Origin: Thecamonas trahens ATCC 50062 | Taxonomy: Eukaryota > Protista > Apusomonadida | Assembly (NCBI RefSeq): GCF_000142905.1 | Contig: NW_013657664.1 | Span: forward strand, 474,445-538,444 | Reading direction: 5' to 3' | Length of the DNA: 64,000 nt | Shown: piece by piece, positions 20,800 through 31,500 of the stretch | How positions within the stretch are numbered: the first letter of the stretch is position 1 | Layout of the letters: each line of letters starts with the position of its first letter | Notes under the pieces: generated by a model | Told to the model about the DNA's origin: nothing | Databases searched by the model: none | What the model saw: only the letters and a program-made list of their open reading frames with translations | Program-made: the position numbers and the translations under genes

Positions 20800-23718
20800 A
20801 TGGTAATGAACATGTCGGCACCATCGCCTGCCCCGCCCGCCCGCCTTCTCGAGTGGTTTCCTCCAGCGGCCACGGCCACTCGCCCACCCACCACTACTTC
20901 CCCCCCCCCCCCCCCCCCCCCCCTTATCACCACTATGCCACGGGTGGCCCCTACAACTTGCCCTCCACCCCCACCACTCGTCACCCATGGCCTGTTGCCT
21001 GGCCCGACGTCGTTAGAGGCCGCGGCGCGGACTCAGATCGCCTTTGTTGACGATACCATGAACAACGGCGGCGGGCGGAATAGCGACAGCGACAACAGGG
21101 TACATGCGCTGGATGGCGATGGCAAGGAGGTGGATGGTTTGTCAAGTTTGTCGAGTTCGTCGAGTTCGTCGAGCTCATCGTTGGCTTCGGACGATACTCT
21201 GCTCAACGCGTACCAGCCGCTGCTGGCGGGCGCTTCGGGACACGGACAGATCGGGCTGCAGCGGGCTGATGGCGGCAGAGGTCGTGGCTTGAGAGGAGGC
21301 GTGTCGAGCAAGCAGCGCGCGCCTTCTTCACATAACTCGCTCCTCCCTCTCACACCGCCGTTTGTGAACTCGTCGAGTGGATCACGCGTGGCGCTGACGG
21401 CTGGGCCGGCGAGCCCGAGCACACACACTGTCGGCTCGTGGGCGACGCATGCCGGACTCTCGTCGCTGTATGCGCCGCGCGACCATGGCGACGTGCATTG
21501 GATGTATGCGATTGTGTTGGATGTAGCCAAATGCCAGGCGGCGAGCCGGGCGGCGGCGCGAGGCTCGAGCGGCTCGTCATCGCCGCGGTCGTCGTCGTCA
21601 TCGTCGTCGTCCGACTCTGAGTTTGAGACCCGCAAGGACACGATGGCGCAAGTGGCGACCCGCGACGGATTGGTGAGCGCGCTGCAGCGGGCGGGATGCT
21701 CGGTCAAGTCTGGGATGAGCGAGAACGGGAGCGCTGAGTATGTTGTTGTGGGATGCACCATGTCGATGCTGTTTCCGGTGGCGGAGCGGCTGGGAGTCCA
21801 AATCCGGCTGGCATCGCTAGCATCTGTGCTGCGATGGGAGCGGTTCCAGAGCTGCAATGTGAGCCACTACCGGCGTGGGCCGGGAGGTGATCTGTTTGAG
21901 CCGGCGGAGCAAGTCCGGCTGATGCGAGTGCTGCTCGAGACGACGCCCGAGAGCGGCGGGGCGGGCGTGGATCTCACTTCTGACGAGCGGCCAGACTTTG
22001 TGGTCGACGCCTTTCCTCTCCACGACAGCCGGGCTGTGGACGCGCTGATGCGCGATTGGGTCAAGGCGCCGGTCTCGCACGTGACGGAGCAGCCTCTGGA
22101 GGAAATCAAGGAGTACTTTGGGGCCGAGGTCGGCATGTATTTTGCGTTTTTGGGCCACTACGCGCGGTGGCTGGTGGCACCGGCGGTGGCGTCTGTGTGC
22201 GTGGCGATTGCACAGGCACTGACCTGGCACGACTCGCTTGCGGTCCCGATTTACTGCATTCTGCTCATGCTCTGGGTCACACTCATGCTTGAGTTCTGGA
22301 AGCGCGACCGCAACGCACTGCGGTACATGTGGGGCCTGGAGCACTTTGGCGACCACGAGGAAGAGCGGCTGGCGTACCGCGGGGTGCCGCGGGTCGGCAC
22401 CTACGTAGACGGGCAGTTTATCTCGCTGCACGGGGTGATGGCAACGCTGCGCAGCGAGCTTGAGGCGAGCCAGCAGTTTGAGTCAGCGTACACGGTGCGC
22501 TACTATCCGGTGTGGCGGCGGCGGCTGACGCAGGTGCTCTCGATGCCGATTGTGGCGTTTTTCCTTGCCCTTGTCCTCATCACCACCATATCTGTCCTCA
22601 TTCTTCGGATCATTCTGGGGCGGGTGGGCCTGTGGGGCGGCGGGTATATTGCCGGCGCCATCAACGCGCTCACCATTTTTGTGCTCAACCGGGTGTACGC
22701 CTCGGTGGCGCTTATGCTCAACTCATGGGAGAATCACCGGACCGACGCCGAGTTTGAGCGGCATCTCATCAACAAGGTCTTTGCCTTTCAGTTTGTCAAC
22801 GCGTACGCCTCACTCTTCTACATTGCGTTTTTCAAGACCTCGAACATCTTTGGCAAGTTCCAGGACAATTGCGCGCGCGACGACTGCGTCATCGACCTTG
22901 GTGTGCAGCTCTTTGCCATCATGACTTCACGGCAGCTGCTCGGGGCGATTGTCGAGTTTGCGATGCCGTGGGCGTACGCGCGCGGGCAGCAGGCAAGCGC
23001 ATGGGTGGGCGGGAAGCTTGGCGGGAGCTCGAGCGGGAGCGCGGCAGCAGGAGCAGCGGTCGGCGGGAGCGCGGCAACGCTGCCGCTCTCGGGCGCGGAG
23101 CGGGCGGCGGTCGAGCGCGAGGCGCAGCGGGCGGCGCTGACGCGGACGATCTCACAGTATGCGGAGATTGTGACCCAGCTAGGATATGTGCTGCTCTTTG
23201 CGGCGGCGTTCCCATTGGCGGCGGTCTTTGCGCTTGCCAACAACGTGGTGGAGATCCGGACCGACGCGGTGACGCTGCTCAAGGCGTACCAGCGGCCGCT
23301 GCCGCACGCGACGTCGGCCATCCAGGATCAGTGGTTTTTCCTGCTGCAGGTCCTCGCGGTGGTGGGCGTCCTCACCAACTGCGCCATCATGATGTGGACA
23401 AGTAAGTCGATTGCCGAGGCGACCGGGGCCTCGCGCTACGGCCGGCTCCTTATCATTGTGGTCGTCGAGCACATTGTCCTCGCAATCATGTTTACAGTCC
23501 GATCGCTCATTCCCGACTCACCGGCGTGGGTCACCACTACTGCGCTCCGGTCCCAGTTTGAGCAAGTTCGCGCCTACGAGCGGCTTTGCCATGCTGAACG
23601 CGAGAAGGCTGCGGCTGCGCTCAAGGCGCGCAAGGCGCAGCTGCGGATCAAGTACAAGTCGCGGTATCGCGGCCGCACGCGGGCTGGCCCCGCACAGCCG
23701 GGCGGTGCGCGGTCGTGA
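20800..23718 (+). CDS. Anoctamin/TMEM16 family scramblase or channel
   Basis: FPLHD, QPLEEIKEYFGAEVGMYFAFLGHY, LEFWKR, WENHRT, FQFVNAY, QLGYVLLF, NNVVEIRTDA; start uncertain (20800 or 21058). Confidence 0.93.
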   Translation: MVMNMSAPSPAPPARLLEWFPPAATATRPPTTTSPPPPPPPLITTMPRVAPTTCPPPPPLVTHGLLPGPTSLEAAARTQIAFVDDTMNNGGGRNSDSDNRVHALDGDGKEVDGLSSLSSSSSSSSSSLASDDTLLNAYQPLLAGASGHGQIGLQRADGGRGRGLRGGVSSKQRAPSSHNSLLPLTPPFVNSSSGSRVALTAGPASPSTHTVGSWATHAGLSSLYAPRDHGDVHWMYAIVLDVAKCQAASRAAARGSSGSSSPRSSSSSSSSDSEFETRKDTMAQVATRDGLVSALQRAGCSVKSGMSENGSAEYVVVGCTMSMLFPVAERLGVQIRLASLASVLRWERFQSCNVSHYRRGPGGDLFEPAEQVRLMRVLLETTPESGGAGVDLTSDERPDFVVDAFPLHDSRAVDALMRDWVKAPVSHVTEQPLEEIKEYFGAEVGMYFAFLGHYARWLVAPAVASVCVAIAQALTWHDSLAVPIYCILLMLWVTLMLEFWKRDRNALRYMWGLEHFGDHEEERLAYRGVPRVGTYVDGQFISLHGVMATLRSELEASQQFESAYTVRYYPVWRRRLTQVLSMPIVAFFLALVLITTISVLILRIILGRVGLWGGGYIAGAINALTIFVLNRVYASVALMLNSWENHRTDAEFERHLINKVFAFQFVNAYASLFYIAFFKTSNIFGKFQDNCARDDCVIDLGVQLFAIMTSRQLLGAIVEFAMPWAYARGQQASAWVGGKLGGSSSGSAAAGAAVGGSAATLPLSGAERAAVEREAQRAALTRTISQYAEIVTQLGYVLLFAAAFPLAAVFALANNVVEIRTDAVTLLKAYQRPLPHATSAIQDQWFFLLQVLAVVGVLTNCAIMMWTSKSIAEATGASRYGRLLIIVVVEHIVLAIMFTVRSLIPDSPAWVTTTALRSQFEQVRAYERLCHAEREKAAAALKARKAQLRIKYKSRYRGRTRAGPAQPGGARS

Positions 23719-23873
23719 TCCCAGCCTTGATACACCATTTCATTTTAAAAGGCATCGTCGAGCGTGTGTTGTGCAAGGAGGCGAAGAGCGATGGCAGCCT
23801 CGTCTCGTCGAAAGTGGTGCGATAGTGTGGCTGGCGAGAGAGCTCGCGCAGCTCACTTGACACCGATTGGCTC

Positions 23874-24498
23874 GTGGCAAAGTCGCAGGGCCTTGTAGCG
23901 ATCAGTCACGACACCCCTCTCGCGCGCACACTGGGCATGCCCCTCGAGTTTGGGTTCACCCGCGTCTCATGCCGACCGCACTTGTACTCTGACTCTGTCC
24001 GGTTCAAAGATGACGGGAGTATCGAAATGTGGAAGGACCGGTACGTTAAGTCTGGACCCAGTGTGGGGGAGGGTGTGGGTGTGGGTGTGGGTGTGGGTGT
24101 GGGTGTGGGTGTGGGTGTGGGTGTGGGTGAGTGGCGTCCGACCACGCCCCCCCCCTTTGCCCTGGACCTGCAGCCTACCGCCCACGTTACCCCCTCCCTT
24201 CCTCTCCCTCCCTCCCTCCCTCCCTCCCTCCCTCCCTTCCCTCCACCCATTCCCTTCCTTCCTCTGCTCCCTCTACCCCCGCCTACTCTCTTGTCCTTCT
24301 CCCTTCCCTCCTCTCCCTCCTCCCCCCTCCCCCCCTCCCCCTACCCTCTCCACCTCGGCCATGTCGCCCATGGGCCGGGAGCTGGGGAGTGGGGAAAAAG
24401 GTCGCAGTTGGGCTGTGCATAGCGAGCACTCGAGTATTCTGGCGCGAGTGCGACATGTTGACTGACATGGTTGACATTGTGTGCGTGCGTGTGCGCGC

Positions 24499-24547
<49 letters not shown>

Positions 24548-26170
24548 GCTATGGTTGTGGCGCCATGTCGGACGGGCAGGGCGGCGTTCCCGCGGGTGGA
24601 GATTCGGGCGACTGGGACGACACTGGAGACACTGGCAGAGCACCACTATCTGGTGTGGGATCTGACGTATGCGGACGGCGGACGGGTGAAGCTCTGCAAG
24701 CGGTGCCCGCGGCCGCCGTACGACCATATCATAGCGTTCCGGTTGGGGCATCCGCCGGCGACGGTGGTGGCGCACGGGTCGGCGTGGGACGTGGAGACGA
24801 TGGCGGCCATGGATGCGACCGAGGTGGTGGCCAGCGGCGTGCATCCGCCGATGCGGTACGGGTCGCTGGAGGCCGAGCCTGCAGATGACGACGACTCTGA
24901 TGAGCCGGGCGTGCGGCGGTTCAAGGTCTCGGCCGGATGCAACTCGCACTTTCACGGCAACAAACGGTTCCGCCTCACGGTGACGCTGGTGGAGACGGAC
25001 GAAGGCGGCAAGGTCCTGCGGACCTCGGTCTGCTCCTCGCCGATGATCAAGATTGTGTCCAAATTTCTGGGCAAGAAGAAGAAGAAGTCGTCGTCGGCGA
25101 ACAACTCTGCGAGGTCATCCAAGAAGGAGGGGACGGGGTCAGGGAAGAGCGCCACTGAGGCGAGCTCGGTGAACATCGATGCGGCCCGCAAGCGCGACGC
25201 GGCGGCGGCCGAGCTGACTGTGGAGGAGCGGATTGCCAAGATTCCCAAACTCGCAGTGGGCACGAGCGTGCCGAGCGGGTTTTCGGCGACACCACCGCTG
25301 GTGCCGATGACCCCATTTGACGCGTCGGGGTCAACGATGATGGGAGGACGCGGGACAATTCCGGGGCTCACGCCGCGAATGACGCCCGGCTCGTCGGGCT
25401 CGTCGGGCATGTCCAAGACAGCGACACCGGGCTCTGTCTGCCTCCCGCTCGACGCAAGCATCGACTCGATTGCAGCGATGCCTGCCGGCTCGCTCCTCCT
25501 ACAGGGCATCTCGCTCTTTTCGCCGGCCAAGTCGCCGGTCTCGTTTCCGTCGATGAACAGCGCCATGTCGACGCTGCAGTCGTTCCTCGACAACTCGTCG
25601 AGCTCGTTTGATGTCAACCGGCCTGCGGCACAGTTGCCGCGGACGAGCAACCCATCGGACCCACAGAGCCTGTTCGAAGCGCTCGGTCCGTACAACATCG
25701 ATGCCCCGATTTCCCAGCAGGCGCTGCCGTCGCTGTTCTCCGGGGCGGATCGCACAGTGGAAAATGGCGTGTCGGACTTGGGGTCGTCGCCCGCTCCGCG
25801 CGCGCCGCCCGGCGCTGTGCCGGGCGGCAGCGAGGTGGCGACGTCTGTTGATCGCATTCTCTCGTGCGCGCAACTCTTCCACACCCTCTCGTCGTCGGCG
25901 CAGCGCAAGTTTCTCCGCACCATTTGCGCCTCGTTTCCCGAGTACACGCTTGTGGAGGAGGATCCAGTCCATTCGGTCGTCTGCATCGAGTCGACACCGT
26001 CGACACCGACCTCGGCCGCGCCTACGCCAGCGTCCGCGGCGCCTCTGACGGCTGCGGGTGGCATTGCGCCCAATTCTGCCTTTGGCGAGCCAGTGTCGGC
26101 CTCGACATCGGCGCCGGCGGCGGTGCCTGCGTCGAGCAAGCCAAGGTCGTCGCAGCCGACCACAGCATAA
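23874..26170 (+). CDS. Putative DNA-binding protein (Ig-fold, CudA/velvet-like) with NLS and Ser/Pro-rich tail; intron 24041-24579; 5' end unresolved
   Basis: GTACGT...CAG joins MWKDR|AAFPRVEI; CKRC...GCNSHFH...FRLTVTL...SPMIKIVSK then KKKKK. Confidence 0.6.
24071..24128. repeat. (GGGTGT)n hexamer array in intron
   Basis: About 10 copies. Confidence 0.9.
24481..24545. repeat. (CG)n-(TG)n alternating purine-pyrimidine tract
   Basis: Seen directly. Confidence 0.9.
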
Positions 26171-26297
26171 ACGTTAACGGTACAGTCGCTCGGACGCATT
26201 GCCGCGCGTCTTTAAGTACACAACTCGAAAATGCGATGGGCACATTTGTCCATTGGGTACAGAGGGATGGGATAAATGGTGGTGGTGAAGTGCGGTA

Positions 26298-26326
26298 TTT
26301 TTTGGCGCGGGTGGTGGCGCCAAAAA
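26298..26326. promoter_or_regulatory. Inverted pair of E2F-like sites (TTTGGCGC...GCGCCAAA) upstream of the TRF-like gene
   Basis: Two matches to TTTSSCGC about 150 bp before the ATG. Confidence 0.5.
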
Positions 26327-26469
26327 GGTGCCAGCGGTAGCAACAAGGACGGGCAGCGAGCATCGAGGCGACGACGACCTCTGGCGGACGGGCGAGGGGA
26401 GAGAAGCCGGGAGAGCAAGAGGCACTTCACGTGGACGTACGTGCTGAAGACAGGCTTGTAGCGTCAGAC

Positions 26470-28272
26470 ATGGGCGACGAACACGAGAAGAATGAGATGA
26501 TGACTACCGACCTTGTGCTTGACTGGATTGTCGAGTATGCGGTGGCCTACGGACTCGACGTCCTTGTCCAAGCCGTGCTACCGGCTGGAGGCGAGCCGGA
26601 GCTTGCGGCGAGGGTCACGCCCAAGACCCGCAGCATGCTGCAAGTGCACATTCTGGACAAGATGGTGCGGTCGGGCGAGTGGGCGTCTGCGCTGGAGATG
26701 TTTGACAAGGTTGTGCCCGACGATTGGGACCGGAGCAGCGAGTCGGCCTACGCCGCCTTTCATCTGGAGCTCCGCCTCCAGGCCGTGCTTGCTCCGCTCC
26801 GCTCGCCGCGGTGGTCGCCAAAGAAGGCCAAGGCTACGCTTCGCCAGGTCCTCGATGAAAAGGTAGATGATGCGCTGCGCACGCAGCTGTACGAGCTGAT
26901 GAGGCTCGGATCGAACGCGCCCGAGATGATCGCCTTTCTCGACAACGAGCACCCGGTCGAGGCTGTCCTCAACGGGCTGGCCGACTTCTTCATGCCGATG
27001 ATCAGCGATCGCACCCCGCGGCCGTTCCTGGAGCGCATTGCTGCCGAAGTGGTCGAGGGCTCGGTGAGCCTCGACGACGCCGCGGCCATGGCGTCGGCGG
27101 CGCTGGGTGCGCGGACCGAGGCCGGGTCGTCATCCCAGGCCAAGACGCCCAAGGGCAAGGAGGAGAAGGGCAAGGTAGACAAAGGAAAGACGGCCAAGGG
27201 CAAGGCGGGCAAGGGAAAGACGCCCAAGGGCAAGGAGGAGAAGGGCAAGACGGCCAAGGGCAAGACGCCGAAGAACAAGACGTCCAAGGGTAAGACGTCC
27301 AAGGGCAAGAGCGGCACCACGGGTAAGAAGGCAGTGGCGAGCAAGGTGGCCGACGACGACCTGGTGATTTCGATGGCGGAGCTCGAAGAGCTTGCCGGCG
27401 GCGAGTCCGAGCTGGTGAAGCTGATTGAGGCCGAGGAGCGTGGGCTGGTGCTCACGCCACGGCGGACGGTCGCGGCAGAGATGTCTTCCGACTCGGACTC
27501 GAGCTCGAGCTGGGGCGCGCGGAGTTCGTACGAGAGCAGCTCGTACGACGACGACGACGACGACGAGGCGACGCAGGCACCGACGCGGGGCTTGCGGAGC
27601 AGCGCGCACAAGAAGACCCAGGCAGCGATTTCGCAGCTTGGCAAGGCGTCGGCGGCGTTGCTGTCCAAGGTCGACGACCCGCTCGATGCCATTCTGGCCA
27701 AGAGCAGCGAAGCTTCGCCGGCGCAGGCGACGCGCAAGCGCCGACGCAGCGGCGCCAAGGCGACGGCTGTGGCCAACATGTTCAGCTCATCCGACTCTGA
27801 CTCGAGCAGTGCGGTGGAGACGCCTTCGCGGCGGAAGCCGCGGGCGACGGCCTCGAGCAAGAGCAAGAAGCCGGCGAGGAGCGAGCGGGCCAAGAGCAAG
27901 GGCGTGGTGGTGGCGTGGACCGATTCGGACGACGAGGTCTCCGACGTTGACGACGGCGTCTCGCTCCCGCCGGCCAAGTCGCGCAAGATTGAGATCTCGT
28001 CGACGCCGAGCCGGCGGCCCAGGCGCTTGTCCAAGAGCCAGGCCATTGCCGCGCTCACGCCGCCGAACAAGGGCCGCGTGTCCAAGGCTTCGATCTCGGC
28101 CCGCAAGCGCCGACGCTGGACCGACGACGAGATCAAGTGGCTCATCGAGGGCGTGGCCCAGTTTGGCCACGGCAACTGGGCCGCCATCCTCGCCGCCTTT
28201 CCCTTTACTGGCCGCACCAATGTCAACCTCAAGGACAAGTGGCGGACGCTCGAGAAGCAGCGGAACCTGTAG
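26470..28272 (+). CDS. Telomeric repeat-binding factor (TRF1/2-like): TRFH-like N-terminus and C-terminal telobox Myb
   Basis: RRRWTDDEIKWLIEGVAQFGHGNWAAIL...RTNVNLKDKWRTL telobox; helical N-terminal domain ending PFLERIAAEVV. Confidence 0.88.
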   Translation: MGDEHEKNEMMTTDLVLDWIVEYAVAYGLDVLVQAVLPAGGEPELAARVTPKTRSMLQVHILDKMVRSGEWASALEMFDKVVPDDWDRSSESAYAAFHLELRLQAVLAPLRSPRWSPKKAKATLRQVLDEKVDDALRTQLYELMRLGSNAPEMIAFLDNEHPVEAVLNGLADFFMPMISDRTPRPFLERIAAEVVEGSVSLDDAAAMASAALGARTEAGSSSQAKTPKGKEEKGKVDKGKTAKGKAGKGKTPKGKEEKGKTAKGKTPKNKTSKGKTSKGKSGTTGKKAVASKVADDDLVISMAELEELAGGESELVKLIEAEERGLVLTPRRTVAAEMSSDSDSSSSWGARSSYESSSYDDDDDDEATQAPTRGLRSSAHKKTQAAISQLGKASAALLSKVDDPLDAILAKSSEASPAQATRKRRRSGAKATAVANMFSSSDSDSSSAVETPSRRKPRATASSKSKKPARSERAKSKGVVVAWTDSDDEVSDVDDGVSLPPAKSRKIEISSTPSRRPRRLSKSQAIAALTPPNKGRVSKASISARKRRRWTDDEIKWLIEGVAQFGHGNWAAILAAFPFTGRTNVNLKDKWRTLEKQRNL

Positions 28273-28310
28273 ACCACGCGAGAGTGAGTGTGTTTAAGTA
28301 AAACCCCAGA

Positions 28311-28340
28311 TTTGCGCGCGAAAGTTGGCGCCATTTTTTT
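28311..28340. promoter_or_regulatory. E2F-like elements TTTGCGCGCGAAA / TTGGCGCCA upstream of dynein-2
   Basis: Motif match only. Confidence 0.35.
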
Positions 28341-28572
28341 TGTCATCAAACAACAACATGTTGCTGACTTGGGCTTCGGGTTGACCCGCGCCGGTTTGCG
28401 CCACCGTGTTGAAGGAGCACGGCGAGCGGGGCGAGTATGGCGAGCGGGGTGGCGGTTGAGGCACACTTGTCTAACACTTGCTGCTACACTCGACTCCCAC
28501 GTCCTCCCCTCCGGTACAACCCTTGCTAAGCCCTTCTATCTTGGGGCCAGGTGACAGCAAAGAAGCAGAGAC

Positions 28573-31500
28573 ATGGAGGTGGCGCAAGTGGTGGCAGCGC
28601 TGATCGACGGCGGCAGAGTTGGAAGCAGCAGCGAGCATGGGGCGCGTGTGGCGGAGAGCCTGGCTGCGTCAGCTGCTTTTACGCAGTTTGTCTCGATGCC
28701 AAGTGCTGGTATTGTGCAGGTTGACGTTGATGCCGGCGGGCGGGTGGTCGAGGTGGCGGTAGAGGCTCATCCGCCGGTGAGCGGGACGGCGAAGGTGGTG
28801 GTCGTCTCCAAGGCTGAGGCTGTGGTGGTGACGGCGAGCAACGCGAGCGAGGTGCTCCGGTGCAGCACCTTTGGGGCGGCACTGCTGCCTGCGGTCTACG
28901 CGCACGTCTCGGAAGTTGTCCTGCCGCTGCTGGCAAAGGCGACCGAGTCTGGCGCGCTCTCGCTCCCGGCGCACCTCAAGGTAGGCAAGCTCCTGGCTCA
29001 GCTGCAGAAGCGGCTGGGAGTGGCGCTCCGGGTCGCCGGCCTCGAGAGCGAGGACGGGTTAGCGGGCGGCGGCGATGCGCCGCTGGAAGCGTCGATTTTG
29101 AACCCGGCAGACGAGCTGAAGACATGGAAGCGTGCAGCGAGCAGTGGCGGAGCCAGCTCGGACGGCGGGCGGGTATGGGCGGCGTTTGCGCGTGTGGCCG
29201 GCGATGTGGCCCGGTTCGACGCGGCGTCGCTCGGCGAGCAGATGGACATTCTGGACGTGTTGCAAGAGGTGCTCGACGAGGTGTGGTGCCTGGACCTTGC
29301 GACACCGTTTCCGCAAGAGCGGATGGCGCACTTTATGGAGGTGGTCTCGCACGCGGTGGGGCGTGCGGCCGGGGCGGCCATTGGCGCGGCGCCGGAGCCT
29401 GCCGAGCCGCGGGGCATGCCGCGGCTGTTCAAGATGCACCCGTCCAAGGCGCGGGCGCAGCTTGCGGGCGCGGCGCGACTGGTCTCAAGCTGGAGCGTGG
29501 CGACGCAGCGGCTGACCGGAGTGCTGTGGCGAGGCGCGGCGCACCCGTGGCGTGGCTCGGCGTTTTCGTCCGAGTACCTGGCTGCAGTCCACGCGCGGCT
29601 GTCGGAGCTGAGTTCGATGCTTGCGTCGGTGGCGCAGCTGCTGGAGCTTGCGCCGGCCGACGAGGCTGCGGCTGCGGGAGTGGCAGACCGTGGGGCGCTC
29701 TTTGCGCCGTTTGCCGGCATCTACCTCCTCGAGCTCAACGTGGCCAACCCGAGCGCAACGGCGTTTGCTGAGGCGGCCAAGGTGTTTGCGTCGAGGGTGG
29801 TGCCGCTCGAGGGAGCAGTGGCGGCCGCGCTGGAGGCCTCGCTCTCCAAGCTCGCGGCGTCGCCTGCGCAGCTGCTCCACGCTGTGGAGCGCAACTTGGA
29901 TGCATTGCTGCGGCCGACGGTCTTTGGCGCGCTCGCCACGTTCCGCGGCGTCGTCGCCAGCGCGCTCCTGGAGCTCTCGGCCGAGCTCGAGGGCGAGCTG
30001 AGCGGGCTCAAGGCGAGCCCGCGCAGCGCGTCCAAGCTGACTGGACTCGACTTGCCCGCCTCTGTCGAGAGCATTGTGGAGGCCAAGGGCATCGAGGCAC
30101 GAGCGGAGCACTTGCGGAGCATTGGATCTGCGGTGTGTGGGCGCGAGGAGGGTGGAGCGCGGGCGGTGGGTGCACTCAAGGCCGTGTCCGCTGGCGCGGC
30201 CGAGTTTGTGCACGGCGCGCACGGCGGATGGGTTCGCGACGTTCTCCACGGGGTCGAATCAGCGGAGCTTGTGCTCGAGCTGACCGGCAAGGTGCTCGGC
30301 CTGTCTGCGAGCGACGGCTCGATGGTGGTCTCGTTCTCGCCGCGGCTGGTGGCGCTCCTCCGCGAGGTGCGGGTGCTTTCGGGCCTCGGGCTTCCTGTTC
30401 CGCAAAGCGTGACGAGCGCGTTTGAGGTGGGAACCAAGTACTACCGCTACGGCATGGTGCTGCGGCAGGTGGCGGCGTTCTACAACTCGCTCGGCTCTGA
30501 GATTATTTTCTCGCAGATGCCGATGATGATGGACGCTTCGCGCGAGTTTGAGGCGCTGGTCTCATCGGCTTCGGACAAGCTGTCATGGGAGGCCGAGGCC
30601 GAGCTCTCCGAGTACGTGGACCGTGTACAGGCGAGCGCCAACAAGCTGATGGATCTTAACCGGCGGCTCCGGAGCGTGCACTTTGAGCTTGTGGCCGTGG
30701 TGTTGCGGCTGATGGGCACGTCACTGTTGACGGAGCGTGAGGCGTGGCGCGAGGGTGTAGCGCAGATCAACGGGGCCATTGCGGCGCTTCAAGCCGAGGG
30801 CTTTACCGGCATGGACGGGTGGGTGGCGCACTGGAACCAGCAGCTTTACAAGGCGCTCGAGTACCAGTACCGCGAGGGCCTGGAGACGCTCAACGCGCAG
30901 CTGCCGCCGATCAAGGTGGCGCTGGTGTACAAGCAGGGCGCGCTCGCGTTTGAGCCGGCGTTTGAGGAGCTGCGGCTGCAGTACTACGCGGCGCTCAAGA
31001 AGTTTGTCTCAATTCCGCACAAGTTCAAGGGTGTCGGCGTCCGGGGCTCGAACATTTTTTCATCGATACTTGCCAAGAATGGGCAAGCGCTGGAGCGGGT
31101 GTACATTCTCGCCGAGGCGCTGTTTGGCAAGCTCGAGGCGGCCAAGGCGCCATTTGAGGAGTGGGTGGCGCTGGGGCGAGTCGACGTCCGCAAGTGGATT
31201 GCGGCGACCTTTTCCGAGCTCGCCGACTGGGAGCGCAACTTTCGGGCGCTCAAGAGCCGCGGCAAGGCGTTTGAAAAGGCGTTGCCGGACAGCATCGAGG
31301 TCGAGTGCATGGTGGTGTCGACCATTCCGGTCAAAGCAGCAATCGACGGATTCATGCGGTCGTTTGCCGACGCGCTGGTGACGACGCTCAAGCAGTCGTC
31401 GTCGCACGAGCTCCAGCTCCTCCGTGGCTACATGGACGAGGGCAAGGCGGTGCTGAGCACTCGGCCGCAGTCTGTGCAGGAGATTGGCGAGGCCAAGGGT

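Noticed and set aside
28345-28565. RFX X-box upstream of dynein-2
   Set aside because: Only half-sites (GTTGCT) and a CAACATGTTG palindrome; no full match
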